In this document: positions 1 through 8,899 of the stretch, in pieces
How the letters are laid out: each line of letters opens with the position of its first letter
How positions within the stretch are numbered: the first letter of the stretch is position 1
NCBI GenBank assembly: GCA_950097015.1
Contig: CATNEN010000007.1
Span: forward strand, 558,001-622,000
Reading direction: 5' to 3'
Length of the DNA stretch: 64,000 nucleotides
Source of the DNA: Macrostomum hystrix
Lineage: Eukaryota > Animalia > Platyhelminthes
Made by a program: the position numbers and the translations under genes
The notes under the pieces: model-generated
What the model was told of the DNA's origin: nothing
Databases searched by the model: none
The model's input: only the letters and a program-made list of their open reading frames with translations

Positions 1-74
1 CTGAAGTCCTCCAGGTGAGATGGATTGCACATTTTTGCTTTTCGATATCGTAAATCTATGTCAGGGAGAGATGG

Positions 75-1120
75 AATGAAAGGTAGAGTGAGAGGTGGAG
101 TGAGAGTTGGAGTGAGAGGTGGAGTGAGAGGTGGAGTGAGAGTTAGAGTGAGAGGTGGAGTGAAAGGTAGAGTGAGAGGTAGAGTGAGAGTTTAATCCTT
201 GCATTTAGGCCCCGTCTCTGTCTTTTATGTTAAACTGAAGTAGAGTAAGAGGTGGAGTGAGAGGTGGAGTGAGAGGTGGAGTGAGAGGTGGAGTGAAAGG
301 TAGAGTGAGAGGAGGAGTGAGAGGTGGAGTGAGAGGTGGAGTGAGAGGTGGAGTGAGAGGTGGAGTGAGAGGTGGAGTGAAAGGTAGAGTGAGAGGAGGA
401 GTGAGAGGTGGAGTGAGAGGTGGAGTGAAAGGTAGAGTGAGAGGTGGAGTGAGAGGTGGAGTGAGAGGTGGAGTGAAAGGTAGAGTGAAAGGTAGAGTGA
501 GAGGTGGAGTGAGAGGTGGAGTGAAAGGCAGAGTGAAAGGTAGAGTAAGAGGTGGAGTGAGAGGTGGAGTGAGAGAAATGTCTGTCAGTCAAGTCAGTCT
601 GTCCGACAATCTGGTTTAATTCTTTCTCTAAAAGATCTTTTCTAAAAATGACCACTTTCGATATACCTGGATGACTCTCTGGAGCCACCCAGCCTACGCT
701 TCGTCCGCAACCTGATCCAAAGAAAACGGTCCATTGTCGAAACAATTCGGCTATTGAAACCGAGGTCTTTTATGTTAAACTGAAGTAGAGTAAGAGGTGG
801 AGTGAGAGGTGGAGTGAGAGGTGGAGTGAGAGGTGGAGTGAAAGGTAGAGTGAGAGGAGGAGTGAGAGGTGGAGTGAGAGGTGGAGTGAGAGGTGGAGTG
901 AGAGGTGGAGTGAGAGGTGGAGTGAAAGGTAGAGTGAGAGGAGGAGTGAGAGGTGGAGTGAGAGGTGGAGTGAAAGGTAGAGTGAGAGGTGGAGTGAGAG
1001 GTGGAGTGAGAGGTGGAGTGAAAGGTAGAGTGAAAGGTAGAGTGAGAGGTGGAGTGAGAGGTGGAGTGAAAGGCAGAGTGAAAGGTAGAGTAAGAGGTGG
1101 AGTGAGAGGTGGAGTGAGAG
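75..1120. repeat. 12-bp minisatellite (GGTGGAGTGAGA)n in three arrays (~75-192, 241-575, 786-1120)
   Basis: Unit visible directly, with variants GGTAGAGTGAAA and GGAGGAGTGAGA. It explains the RGGV and HSTS repeat ORFs. Confidence 0.95.
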
Positions 1121-1309
1121 AAATGTCTGTCAGTCAAGTCAGTCTGTCCGACAATCTGGTTTAATTCTTTCTCTAAAAGATCTTTTCTAAAAATGACCAC
1201 TTTCGATATACCTGGATGACTCTCTGGAGCCACCCAGCCTACGCTTCGTCCGCAACCTGATCCAAAGAAAACGGTCCATTGTCGAAACAATTCGGCTATT
1301 GAAACCGAG
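220..1309. repeat. Tandem duplication of 545 bp (220-764 / 765-1309)
   Basis: GTCTTTTATGTTAAAC starts at 220 and 765, and both copies end GAAACCGAG. The two ORF-track translations are identical. Confidence 0.95.
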
Positions 1310-1701
1310 GGTGCTCTGCGCTGAAGATATGCGGCAGGCGCGGCGCAAGTTTCAGTGTGGTGTAAGTTATCGATAATCAAAGGGAGTTGAATCAAAGGGA
1401 AATAGAGATGGCGGGTTCATTTCAGCCTAGCACAAATTCTGTCAAAGCCCTTGGTTATAAGATTTCTTCCCATTTATAGTCTGTGTGATGCGCATGATTT
1501 AATTATTGATTGCTAAATTGTTTCCAGTTCCAGATGATCACTTCAGTTGGCACATTCAGATCAGCTATCAACTATAAAGATTCATGCTTAAGATTCATGT
1601 TAGACAGTTCGCAGCAAGTATTTGCGGATCAAACCGAGGACCCAATCCACAATGTCTGGTTTGTTTACCCCGAACATAGCCTCTCCAAATGCCAAATATG
1701 A
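1220..1701 (+). other. Possible last two exons of an unidentified gene
   Basis: An open frame (DDSLEPPSLRFVRNLIQRK...ARRKFQCG) ends at a GTAAGT donor at 1362. An acceptor TTCCAG near 1533 is followed by an in-phase frame MITSVGTF...KCQI*. No family recognised. Confidence 0.25.
1386..1637 (+). repeat. Dispersed duplicate of 22813-23077
   Basis: Near-identical run from GTTGAATCAAAGG to GCGGATCAAACCGA at both sites. Confidence 0.9.
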
Positions 1702-1928
1702 AGGACTGACCAGAGCTGTGAACATTTTTTGTTTGGCTGGCTGTCTATTTAAGCGCCATAAATTATTTACCCGCTTGATGCTGAAAGTGATAGTGAAGGA
1801 TAGTGCTTTGGTTTGCATGGGTGCTTGCGCCTGGGCAAACCGGCTTTAGTGATCAGTCAACCCCTGCCTTTGCTGTGCATCTGTGTGTGGGGTGGGTGGC
1901 CGTCCCCACCCACCCCGACTGCTGCCTT

Positions 1929-2334
1929 TTAAGGTGAGTCTCTCGGCTACTCGCATTTCGCCAGCCGCCTGTCGGCCCAATCATTGTTTATCTATTCCTC
2001 TCTTCCTTTTTTACTTTTCAAAATTAAAGGCAGGGGCTGTTGCGCCAATGACGTAATTCGTTTTATAAGCTCAAGATCAATAAATCTGTTGATTTTTGCA
2101 ATTTGCAATTTTGCGCTGGCTGAGAAAATTGCAATTTCCGATTCATTTTTTCATAATCAATAAGGTTTGACGGATATGTGTTAGGAACGAAAAATGACAC
2201 TTTTTTTATGGCGCCGGCATACTTTTCAATTATCTATTGGCTTTTTATAGAGGAACAAGTGGCGCGAATAGACAAACAGTTTTTTTTTCGATGACAGTCG
2301 GCTGGCGAAATGCGAGTCTCTCACCTCGCGTTAA
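1929..2334. mobile_element. MITE-like element with subterminal inverted repeats, TTAA on both sides
   Basis: 25-bp inverted repeat with 1 mismatch (1949-1973 vs 2293-2317). TTAA at 1929-1932 and 2331-2334. The outermost termini are imperfect. Confidence 0.45.
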
Positions 2335-2831
2335 CTCATTTTGCGCGCTGCTCTTGCTTGAAGTTGAAATTTATGCTTTAATTATCATCTAAAATATGCC
2401 CTTAACTCAAGTTTGACGCTAAACTACATAGCTATTGAGGTCGCTTCTCGCTGCGCGCGCCTCGGCCGCTTGTTCTTCACCATTACATCGCTTTGTGTTC
2501 GGCTGGTCACTGATTAAATGCGCTGGCCATCTATAGGTGCTGATTTTTATTTATTTATTTTTCGATAAGATAAATTAAATTCTTCGACAAACAATAAAAA
2601 AGAAAAAATCAAAGTGTGGTAAAAATAGGATTTTTTTGTTAGGGGGGGAGCGCATGGGAGTTGAAAATGAAAAAGAGCCAAAAACGCAAAGGACAATAGG
2701 AATAAAATAAAATGGTTTCCCAGTCGTCTTGTGACATTTATATAGTAAGATATTTCTTCTGCTCTAAGTGAAGTTTAGAGTTTTCCCCGAAATTTTATTT
2801 GCAAAATTCGATTATGGATCTTTAGAGTTTG

Positions 2832-3165
2832 TGTTGTGGGTTTCGTTACGATAATTCCGTAAATAGTTTTCTAGAACTTTCTACCACTTGTTATAACACT
2901 CTGTTGTTTCCAGAATCTTCTCTGCGCCTCCCCCGCGGGCTATCTATGAGAACTTTCTAGAAAGTTCTCCCACTCGCTCCCCAGGCTATAAATAGAAACC
3001 CCCGCGCGGTGCGCACACTCAAAACCCCTTTCCAGTATTTAATAATACTGCTGTTACAAATATACGCTTATCCAGTCGACTGCCGAGTGCTCCTTTCGGC
3101 GCTATACTTACATTTACCGACACTACAATTGGAATCTCTGTATTCGTAACTTCAAGAATACAACA
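2832..3165 (+). repeat. 5' LTR of Mag-like element
   Basis: Direct repeat of 7558-7891; TG...CA ends; TATAAATA at 2987-2994. Confidence 0.97.
2868..2994 (+). promoter_or_regulatory. Three heat-shock elements plus TATA box in the LTR (repeated at 7594-7720)
   Basis: TTCtaGAActTTC at 2869-2881, TTCcaGAAtcTTC at 2908-2920, GAActTTCtaGAAagTTC at 2950-2967, and TATAAATA at 2987. Confidence 0.85.
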
Positions 3166-3174
3166 GGGATTTTC

Positions 3175-3192
3175 TGGCGTCGCAAGCAGGAT
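3175..3192 (+). other. Primer-binding site, probably tRNA-Ser
   Basis: TGGCGTCGCAAGCAGGAT lies 9 nt after the LTR. Its complement reads ATCCTGC-TTGCGAC-G-CCA, a tRNA 3' end with a G discriminator. Confidence 0.65.
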
Positions 3193-3264
3193 CTTGATCA
3201 ACTTCGAGGACGTCTAATCTACAACGACTGTCACTATTGACCGAAGGATCAAGCTACTACAATC

Positions 3265-6200
3265 ATGCCCGAAACGATGCAAGACGAGGATATAATCAGC
3301 CTCCTACGGCAGCAGATGGAAGAAGAGCGCCAACAGCGGAACGCTGACCGGCAGATGATGCTCGACCTCATTCGGTCTCTAAAGCCTGCAGCGGACCAGT
3401 CCCAGGCTGCAGCTTTGCCGACACATGTGACGACGTCGACTCCGGGTTTCTCGCCATTCGACGCCACGTCCGAGCTCTGGCCCGACTACTTGGCCAGATT
3501 CTGCACCTTCACGGGCGCGAACTCCATACCCGACGACAAGAAGGCTCAGGTGTTCCTGACGAACCAGTCTCCGTCTGTCCACAAGCTTCTCTCAAACTTG
3601 GCAGCGCAGCAGACGCCGCGGAAGGAGATCAACAAGCTCACTATGGACGAGATTGAGAAGTTCATGGAAGAACAGTATGACACCAAGCGCTTCATCGTGC
3701 GGGAGCGTTTCCGGTTCTGGAGCGACATGCGGCGGAAACCGGGTGAGACGATCCAGGAAATGGCTGCGAGAATCCGCCAGGATGCAACCACCTGCGATTT
3801 CTCTTCCATCAAAGATCCACTGGACGAGGCGCTGCGCACGCGTTTCATCTGCTCAGTGAGGAACGAAGCAGTACTCAAAGCTTTGTTCAAATTAAAGGTG
3901 GAAGAGCTCACGTTCGCCCGGGCTGTCGAGATCGCCATCGAGACAGAGGAAGCCGCCCGAGTCGCCAAGGAGACGGTTTACGGCGACAAATCCAGCCCCG
4001 TTAACAAGGTTAAGCAGAAGGTTCGGCGACCCGGAGCCACTTCGGCGAAATTTACGACAGATTCTACTGCTTCCAGGTCTACTACTGACTCTGCGTCTGG
4101 TTCGTGCTACCGCTGCGGAGCGAAGAACCATCGGGCAAACGATTGCCGATTCAAAGACGCGACCTGCCGGCACTGCAAAAAGGTGGGTCACCTAGAATCT
4201 GTCTGCCGTTCCAAGGCCAAAGGATCTGCCCCTGCGGCGAACTTCAAGAAGCCAGTGAAACAGGTCGAGGAGCATGTGCTTGTACATGCTGTAGCCCGAA
4301 CCGAGGACGACCTGCCTAAGCTGGAAGTGTCGATCCACATCCAAGGCAAGGCTCTCGCCATCGAGGTCGACACTGCGACAAACGGCAACTTCATCACAGA
4401 GTCATTCTGGAAGAAGCTGGGGACGCCGCCGCTCGAAGTAGCGAAGTCACGCTACGAGTCCGCCAGCCGACACGACTTACCTCTACTAGGTACCTTCGTC
4501 GGGAAAACGACATTGCCTGGCTCAGCTCCTGAGCACGACATCCAGTACATCGTCACACAGGTGCCCGGCTTGAATCTACTCGGCCGGACCGCCACGAAGC
4601 TGTTGGGAATCTCCGTCGACAAACTGCTCGGCGCTGCCAGCGCCATTCAAGAAGTCAACGCAGTGTTTGACCACCTGCCGCCGGACGAGGCTCTTCAAAA
4701 GGCCTGCCGAAATCTTTGCGACGAATTCCCGGACCTGTGGAAGGACGAGCTGGGTTGCCTCAAGGACTTCAAGCTCGAGTTGCAGTTTAACCCGGATGCA
4801 AAGCCGGTGTTCCGGAAGGCTAGGCCTGTCCCCTTCGCCATCCGCGAGGAGCTCGAGCGCGCCTACAACGAGGGCATCAGGAGAGGCATCTGGGAGCCTA
4901 CTGACTTCAATGACTACGGGACGCCCGTGGTCCCCGTGCGAAAGCCCTCGACCGGCTCAGAGCATCCGAAACTGCGAGTCTGCGGAGACTACTCGTGCAC
5001 TATCAACCCGCAGCTGGAAGACAACCGTCACCCGCTGCCCCTCCCAGAGGAACTGCTACAGAAGCTGGGAGGCAGCTACTGCTTCTCAAAGGTAGATCTG
5101 GCCGACGCCTACAACCAGATCGAGTTGGGACCGATGAGTCAGAGGCGCCTGGCACTGAGCACCCACCGGGGTGTGCTTCTTCAGAAGCGGCTCGCTTTCG
5201 GCCCGAAGTCTGCAGTGGGTGAGTTCCAGTTCTTCATGGAAATGGTAGCCGGTGATCTGCCCGGAGTCGTTTTCTACTTGGACGACTACCTGGTCGGCGG
5301 CGCGACCGCTGATGAGCATCTCGCAAACCTACGCCGGCTTTTGCAACGCCTTTCTGACAAGGGACTTCGCTGTCGACGGGAGAAGTGCAAATTCGCCATG
5401 CCCAGCATCGAGTACCTTGGCTATGTACTGTCGAAAGAAGGCATCGCCAAGGGAACCAAGGTGGACGCTGTCCGCGAAATGCCTCCACCAAAGGACGTGT
5501 CCAGCCTCCGGTCATTCCTCGGCTCGGTCCAGTTCTACGCGAAGTTTCTGCCGCCAAGCATGGCCACGATCTCCGAGCCGCTGTACCGGCTCACCAGGAG
5601 GGACACACCGTGGACCTGGAAAGACACAGAGCAGCGGGCCTTCGACCAGATCAAGGAGGAGCTCTCGTCGGACAACGTGCTGGTCCACTACAATGCCGAC
5701 CTCCCTCTCGGGCTCTCCTGCGACGCATCCAACGTCGGGATCGGCGCCGTCCTGTTCCACCGCTACCCGGATGGTAGCGAGCGGCCGATCGCCAACGCTT
5801 CAAAGTCTCTGACGGATGCTCAGCGCCGCTATCCTCAGATTCAGAAGGAAGCCCTTTCAATCATCTTCGGCCTAAAGAAGTTTTTCCAATACTTGTTCAA
5901 CCGCAAGTTCATCCTGGTCACGGACCATAAGCCGTTGATTTCGCTATTTGGGCCCGAAAAGGAGACACCGGTGATGGCAGCAAACCGACTGGCTCGTTGG
6001 GCGAACCTGCTCCACAATTTCACCTACGAAATCGAGTACCGCCAGACGAAGAGTCACGGAAATGCGGACGCCTTAAGTCGCCTGCCAGTCGGAGACGACC
6101 CAGACTTCGACGGGGAGGAGAGCACAGCCGACTTCGACATGGTCTGTGCGATCAAGGTCCTGAGCCTGCAGATCCGACCGGCTGACGCCTCAGCCGTAGC

Positions 6201-7518
6201 CAAGGAATCATCGAGGGACCCAGTCATCTCCACCGCCATGCGCTACTGTCGAGAAGGTTGGCCGCCAATCGGGCGAGACGAGGACGCTGAGCTGGCCCGC
6301 CTGCGGAAAGTCAAAGATTCGCTGTCCTGCTGCAACGGATGTCTTCTGCAGGGCTGTCGTCTTGTGATTCCTCAAAACCTTCGGAAGGAGGTGCTGAAAA
6401 TCCTCCACCTCGGACACTTTGGAATTCAGAGGATGAAGCAGCTGGCTCGATCGGCAGTCTACTGGCCGAACATCGACGACGACGTCGAGCACCTGTGCCG
6501 CGGCTGCCATAGCTGCGCTGAGCACCAAAATCATCCGCCAAAGGCCGCCGTTCATCCGTGGATGATGCCTGAGAAGCCTTGGAGTCGCCTACATCTGGAT
6601 CACGCAGTCAACTTCCTCGGCACCAACTGGCTAGTGCTCACGGACGCCTACTCGAAGTACCCGTGCATACACCCGACGCAATCCATGTCAACGCGGGCAA
6701 CGATCGAGCTTCTGGAAGAAGACTTCGCCCACTTCGGCTACCCTCACGCCATCGTCACAGACAATGCAGCGGCATTCATGGCTGAGGAGTTTCAAGCTTG
6801 GTGTCGCGAACACGGCATCGCGCACCTCACAGGAGCTCCGTATCATCCTGCAACAAACGGAGCGGCCGAACGACTGGTTCAGACCTTCAAGAAGGCCCTG
6901 AAGAAATCCAGCCTGCCACCTGCCAGGGCGCTACAGCAGTTCCTGATGCAGTACCGACGGACTCCTGCGGTCAACGGCTACTCTCCGAGCGAACTCCTAA
7001 ATGGCCGGCAGATCAGGACGCAGATTGATACTCTGCTGCCATCTCCAGCCCAGGATCGCCAAGTCAAGCAGGCCGAAGAGTCCAGAGCTCGGAAAAAGGT
7101 GTCTCGCGTCCGAGAAGGCTACAACGTCGGAGATCCGGTCTACGCTCGCTACTACGGACCACGCCGCGAGAAGGAAGGCCGCTGGGTTCCGGCAGTGGTC
7201 ACCAAGCGGCACGGCAGCCGCAGCGTCAACGTCAAGGTTGTCCCAAGCGGCCCGGTGTGGCGACGGCACTTCGACCAGCTTCAACCGCGACACGTGTCCG
7301 CGGAAGACAGCGAGCCAGGATCACTGCCGACTCAACAAAACGAAACGGCCGGCCACCTGATGCTGCCGGCCACACCAGCGGTGGCACATCCAGGATCTCG
7401 ACCCAGGCCTCCAGGATGGCGAGCGCCGGACCAAGTCCAACACCCGCCGCCCTACGGACCAGATAATCCACGACGGTCGGCTAGGCAGCGAAAGCCACGG
7501 CTACAAATGGACTTATAG
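3265..7518 (+). CDS. Gag-Pol polyprotein (1417 aa): Gag, two CCHC knuckles, protease, RT, RNase H, integrase
   Basis: CYRCGAKNHRANDC and CRHCKKVGHLESVC knuckles, EVDTA protease, FYLDD RT, CDASNVGIG RNase H, HHCC zinc finger, and D-D-E core (HLDHA, VTDNA, AERLV). No stops. Confidence 0.97.
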   Translation: MPETMQDEDIISLLRQQMEEERQQRNADRQMMLDLIRSLKPAADQSQAAALPTHVTTSTPGFSPFDATSELWPDYLARFCTFTGANSIPDDKKAQVFLTNQSPSVHKLLSNLAAQQTPRKEINKLTMDEIEKFMEEQYDTKRFIVRERFRFWSDMRRKPGETIQEMAARIRQDATTCDFSSIKDPLDEALRTRFICSVRNEAVLKALFKLKVEELTFARAVEIAIETEEAARVAKETVYGDKSSPVNKVKQKVRRPGATSAKFTTDSTASRSTTDSASGSCYRCGAKNHRANDCRFKDATCRHCKKVGHLESVCRSKAKGSAPAANFKKPVKQVEEHVLVHAVARTEDDLPKLEVSIHIQGKALAIEVDTATNGNFITESFWKKLGTPPLEVAKSRYESASRHDLPLLGTFVGKTTLPGSAPEHDIQYIVTQVPGLNLLGRTATKLLGISVDKLLGAASAIQEVNAVFDHLPPDEALQKACRNLCDEFPDLWKDELGCLKDFKLELQFNPDAKPVFRKARPVPFAIREELERAYNEGIRRGIWEPTDFNDYGTPVVPVRKPSTGSEHPKLRVCGDYSCTINPQLEDNRHPLPLPEELLQKLGGSYCFSKVDLADAYNQIELGPMSQRRLALSTHRGVLLQKRLAFGPKSAVGEFQFFMEMVAGDLPGVVFYLDDYLVGGATADEHLANLRRLLQRLSDKGLRCRREKCKFAMPSIEYLGYVLSKEGIAKGTKVDAVREMPPPKDVSSLRSFLGSVQFYAKFLPPSMATISEPLYRLTRRDTPWTWKDTEQRAFDQIKEELSSDNVLVHYNADLPLGLSCDASNVGIGAVLFHRYPDGSERPIANASKSLTDAQRRYPQIQKEALSIIFGLKKFFQYLFNRKFILVTDHKPLISLFGPEKETPVMAANRLARWANLLHNFTYEIEYRQTKSHGNADALSRLPVGDDPDFDGEESTADFDMVCAIKVLSLQIRPADASAVAKESSRDPVISTAMRYCREGWPPIGRDEDAELARLRKVKDSLSCCNGCLLQGCRLVIPQNLRKEVLKILHLGHFGIQRMKQLARSAVYWPNIDDDVEHLCRGCHSCAEHQNHPPKAAVHPWMMPEKPWSRLHLDHAVNFLGTNWLVLTDAYSKYPCIHPTQSMSTRATIELLEEDFAHFGYPHAIVTDNAAAFMAEEFQAWCREHGIAHLTGAPYHPATNGAAERLVQTFKKALKKSSLPPARALQQFLMQYRRTPAVNGYSPSELLNGRQIRTQIDTLLPSPAQDRQVKQAEESRARKKVSRVREGYNVGDPVYARYYGPRREKEGRWVPAVVTKRHGSRSVNVKVVPSGPVWRRHFDQLQPRHVSAEDSEPGSLPTQQNETAGHLMLPATPAVAHPGSRPRPPGWRAPDQVQHPPPYGPDNPRRSARQRKPRLQMDL

Positions 7519-7557
7519 ACTTTCTATCAGCTGTACTCACAGTTTTGGTGGGTGTCG

Positions 7558-7891
7558 TTTTGTGGGTTTCGTTACGATAATTCCGTAAATAGTTTTCTAG
7601 AACTTTCTACCACTTGTTATAACACTCTGTTGTTTCCAGAATCTTCTCTGCGCCTCCCCCGCGGGCTATCTATGAGAACTTTCTAGAAAGTTCTCCCACT
7701 CGCTCCCCAGGCTATAAATAGAAACCCCCGCGCGGTGCGCACACTCAAAACCCCTTTCCAGTATTTAATAATACTGCTGTTACAAATATACGCTTATCCA
7801 GTCGACTGCCGAGTGCTCCTTTCGGCGCTATACTTACATTTACCGACACTACAATTGGAATCTCTGTATTCGTTACTTCAAGAATACAACA
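7558..7891 (+). repeat. 3' LTR of Mag-like element
   Basis: Copy of 2832-3165. It starts TT instead of TG and has one internal substitution. Confidence 0.95.
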
Positions 7892-8060
7892 GTTTGTAAT
7901 TAGGGTTCATTAGGATATATGAAACTTAGCTGACTCCAACAGCATGCAGTCTGCATTTAGTTTGTGTATAAAATTGCTATCCTCATGTCTGGCCCAGCCA
8001 TCTATTCTCTTTAACCCCCTATTTTCAGGTCGTAGGTCGTAGAATTACATAGAGCTTAGC

Positions 8061-8226
8061 ACACAACTAGATGTCGTAACCACAACACACAACTAGATGT
8101 CGTAACCACAACACACAACTAGATGTTGTAACCACAGCACACAACTAGATGTCGTAACCACAACACACAACTAGATGTCGTAACCACAACACACAACTAG
8201 ATGTTGTAACCACAGCACACAACTAG
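8061..8226. repeat. 26-bp tandem repeat, ~6.4 copies
   Basis: Unit ACACAACTAGATGTCGTAACCACAAC. Every third copy is the variant ...TGTTGTAACCACAGC. Confidence 0.95.
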
Positions 8227-8757
8227 CTCACAAACGACGGACAAACCGAATAACGACAAAAATTGCTGTGATGACTTTCAATTTCTAAGGAACTTGTAAA
8301 TTCGGTTGTCGCGGCAGCTGACGGGACTTTGCTTTTAGCCAATTACAACAGCTCGCTTTACTGAATTCTGAACCAATAAGACTGCATTGCTTGTAAGCTA
8401 AAGTCAGGTAGTCGCTGATACTAAATCTACCACGTATGTTAAAGTACCTAAATACCTCCGATTTACACAAGTCATTTGTTTTAATGTTAAGTGTCTACAG
8501 AGCTATTCGTTTTTTAGTACTTCCAGCTCAAAACCCGTTAGTCCCATCATATCATATCATTTTTCAGATAGAAAAGGCCTCCCTACAGTTATACCGCACA
8601 GAAAATCTGTTGAAATTCGCTTTTAATTAACAAGCCCGCATGGATATCTGTTTCCAGCTACAGCTGTGCCTCATCTGCACCATCGGTGCCGTCCATCGCT
8701 GTAAGTGTTGTTACAGTTTAAAGGTTTTTCTTTAAAATGGAATGCAATACATAGGAG

Positions 8758-8880
8758 TAACAACAACAACAACAACAAAGTACGCTGTCAGGTGGAAAAG
8801 GCAGCGTCACAGTGCATGCTTCAGAGCCTGGGCGCGAACAAAGGCCGCACCGCCGGCAGTGTCCGGCAGTGTCCGGCAAT
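8758..8880 (-). mobile_element. Short 3' fragment of an RTE-like LINE with (TTG)n tail
   Basis: The minus strand encodes GAAFVRAQALKHAL*, homologous to the end of the 15924-16500 element; (CAA)n on the plus strand. Confidence 0.75.
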
Positions 8881-8899
8881 ATTCCTTGCAGTGTACTGC

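Larger units (their letters stand above)
2832..7891 (+). mobile_element. Full-length Ty3/Gypsy LTR retrotransposon, Mag-like clade
   Basis: 334-bp LTRs at 2832-3165 and 7558-7891 with 2 differences, TGTTGT...ACAACA termini, 5-bp TSD GTTTG (2827-2831, 7892-7896), a PBS and a single gag-pol ORF. Confidence 0.97.

Noticed and set aside
230-1395. His/Ser-rich (HSTS)n and Arg/Gly-rich (RGGV)n ORFs
   Set aside because: They are stop-free translations of a 12-bp minisatellite on both strands, with no splice or homology support.
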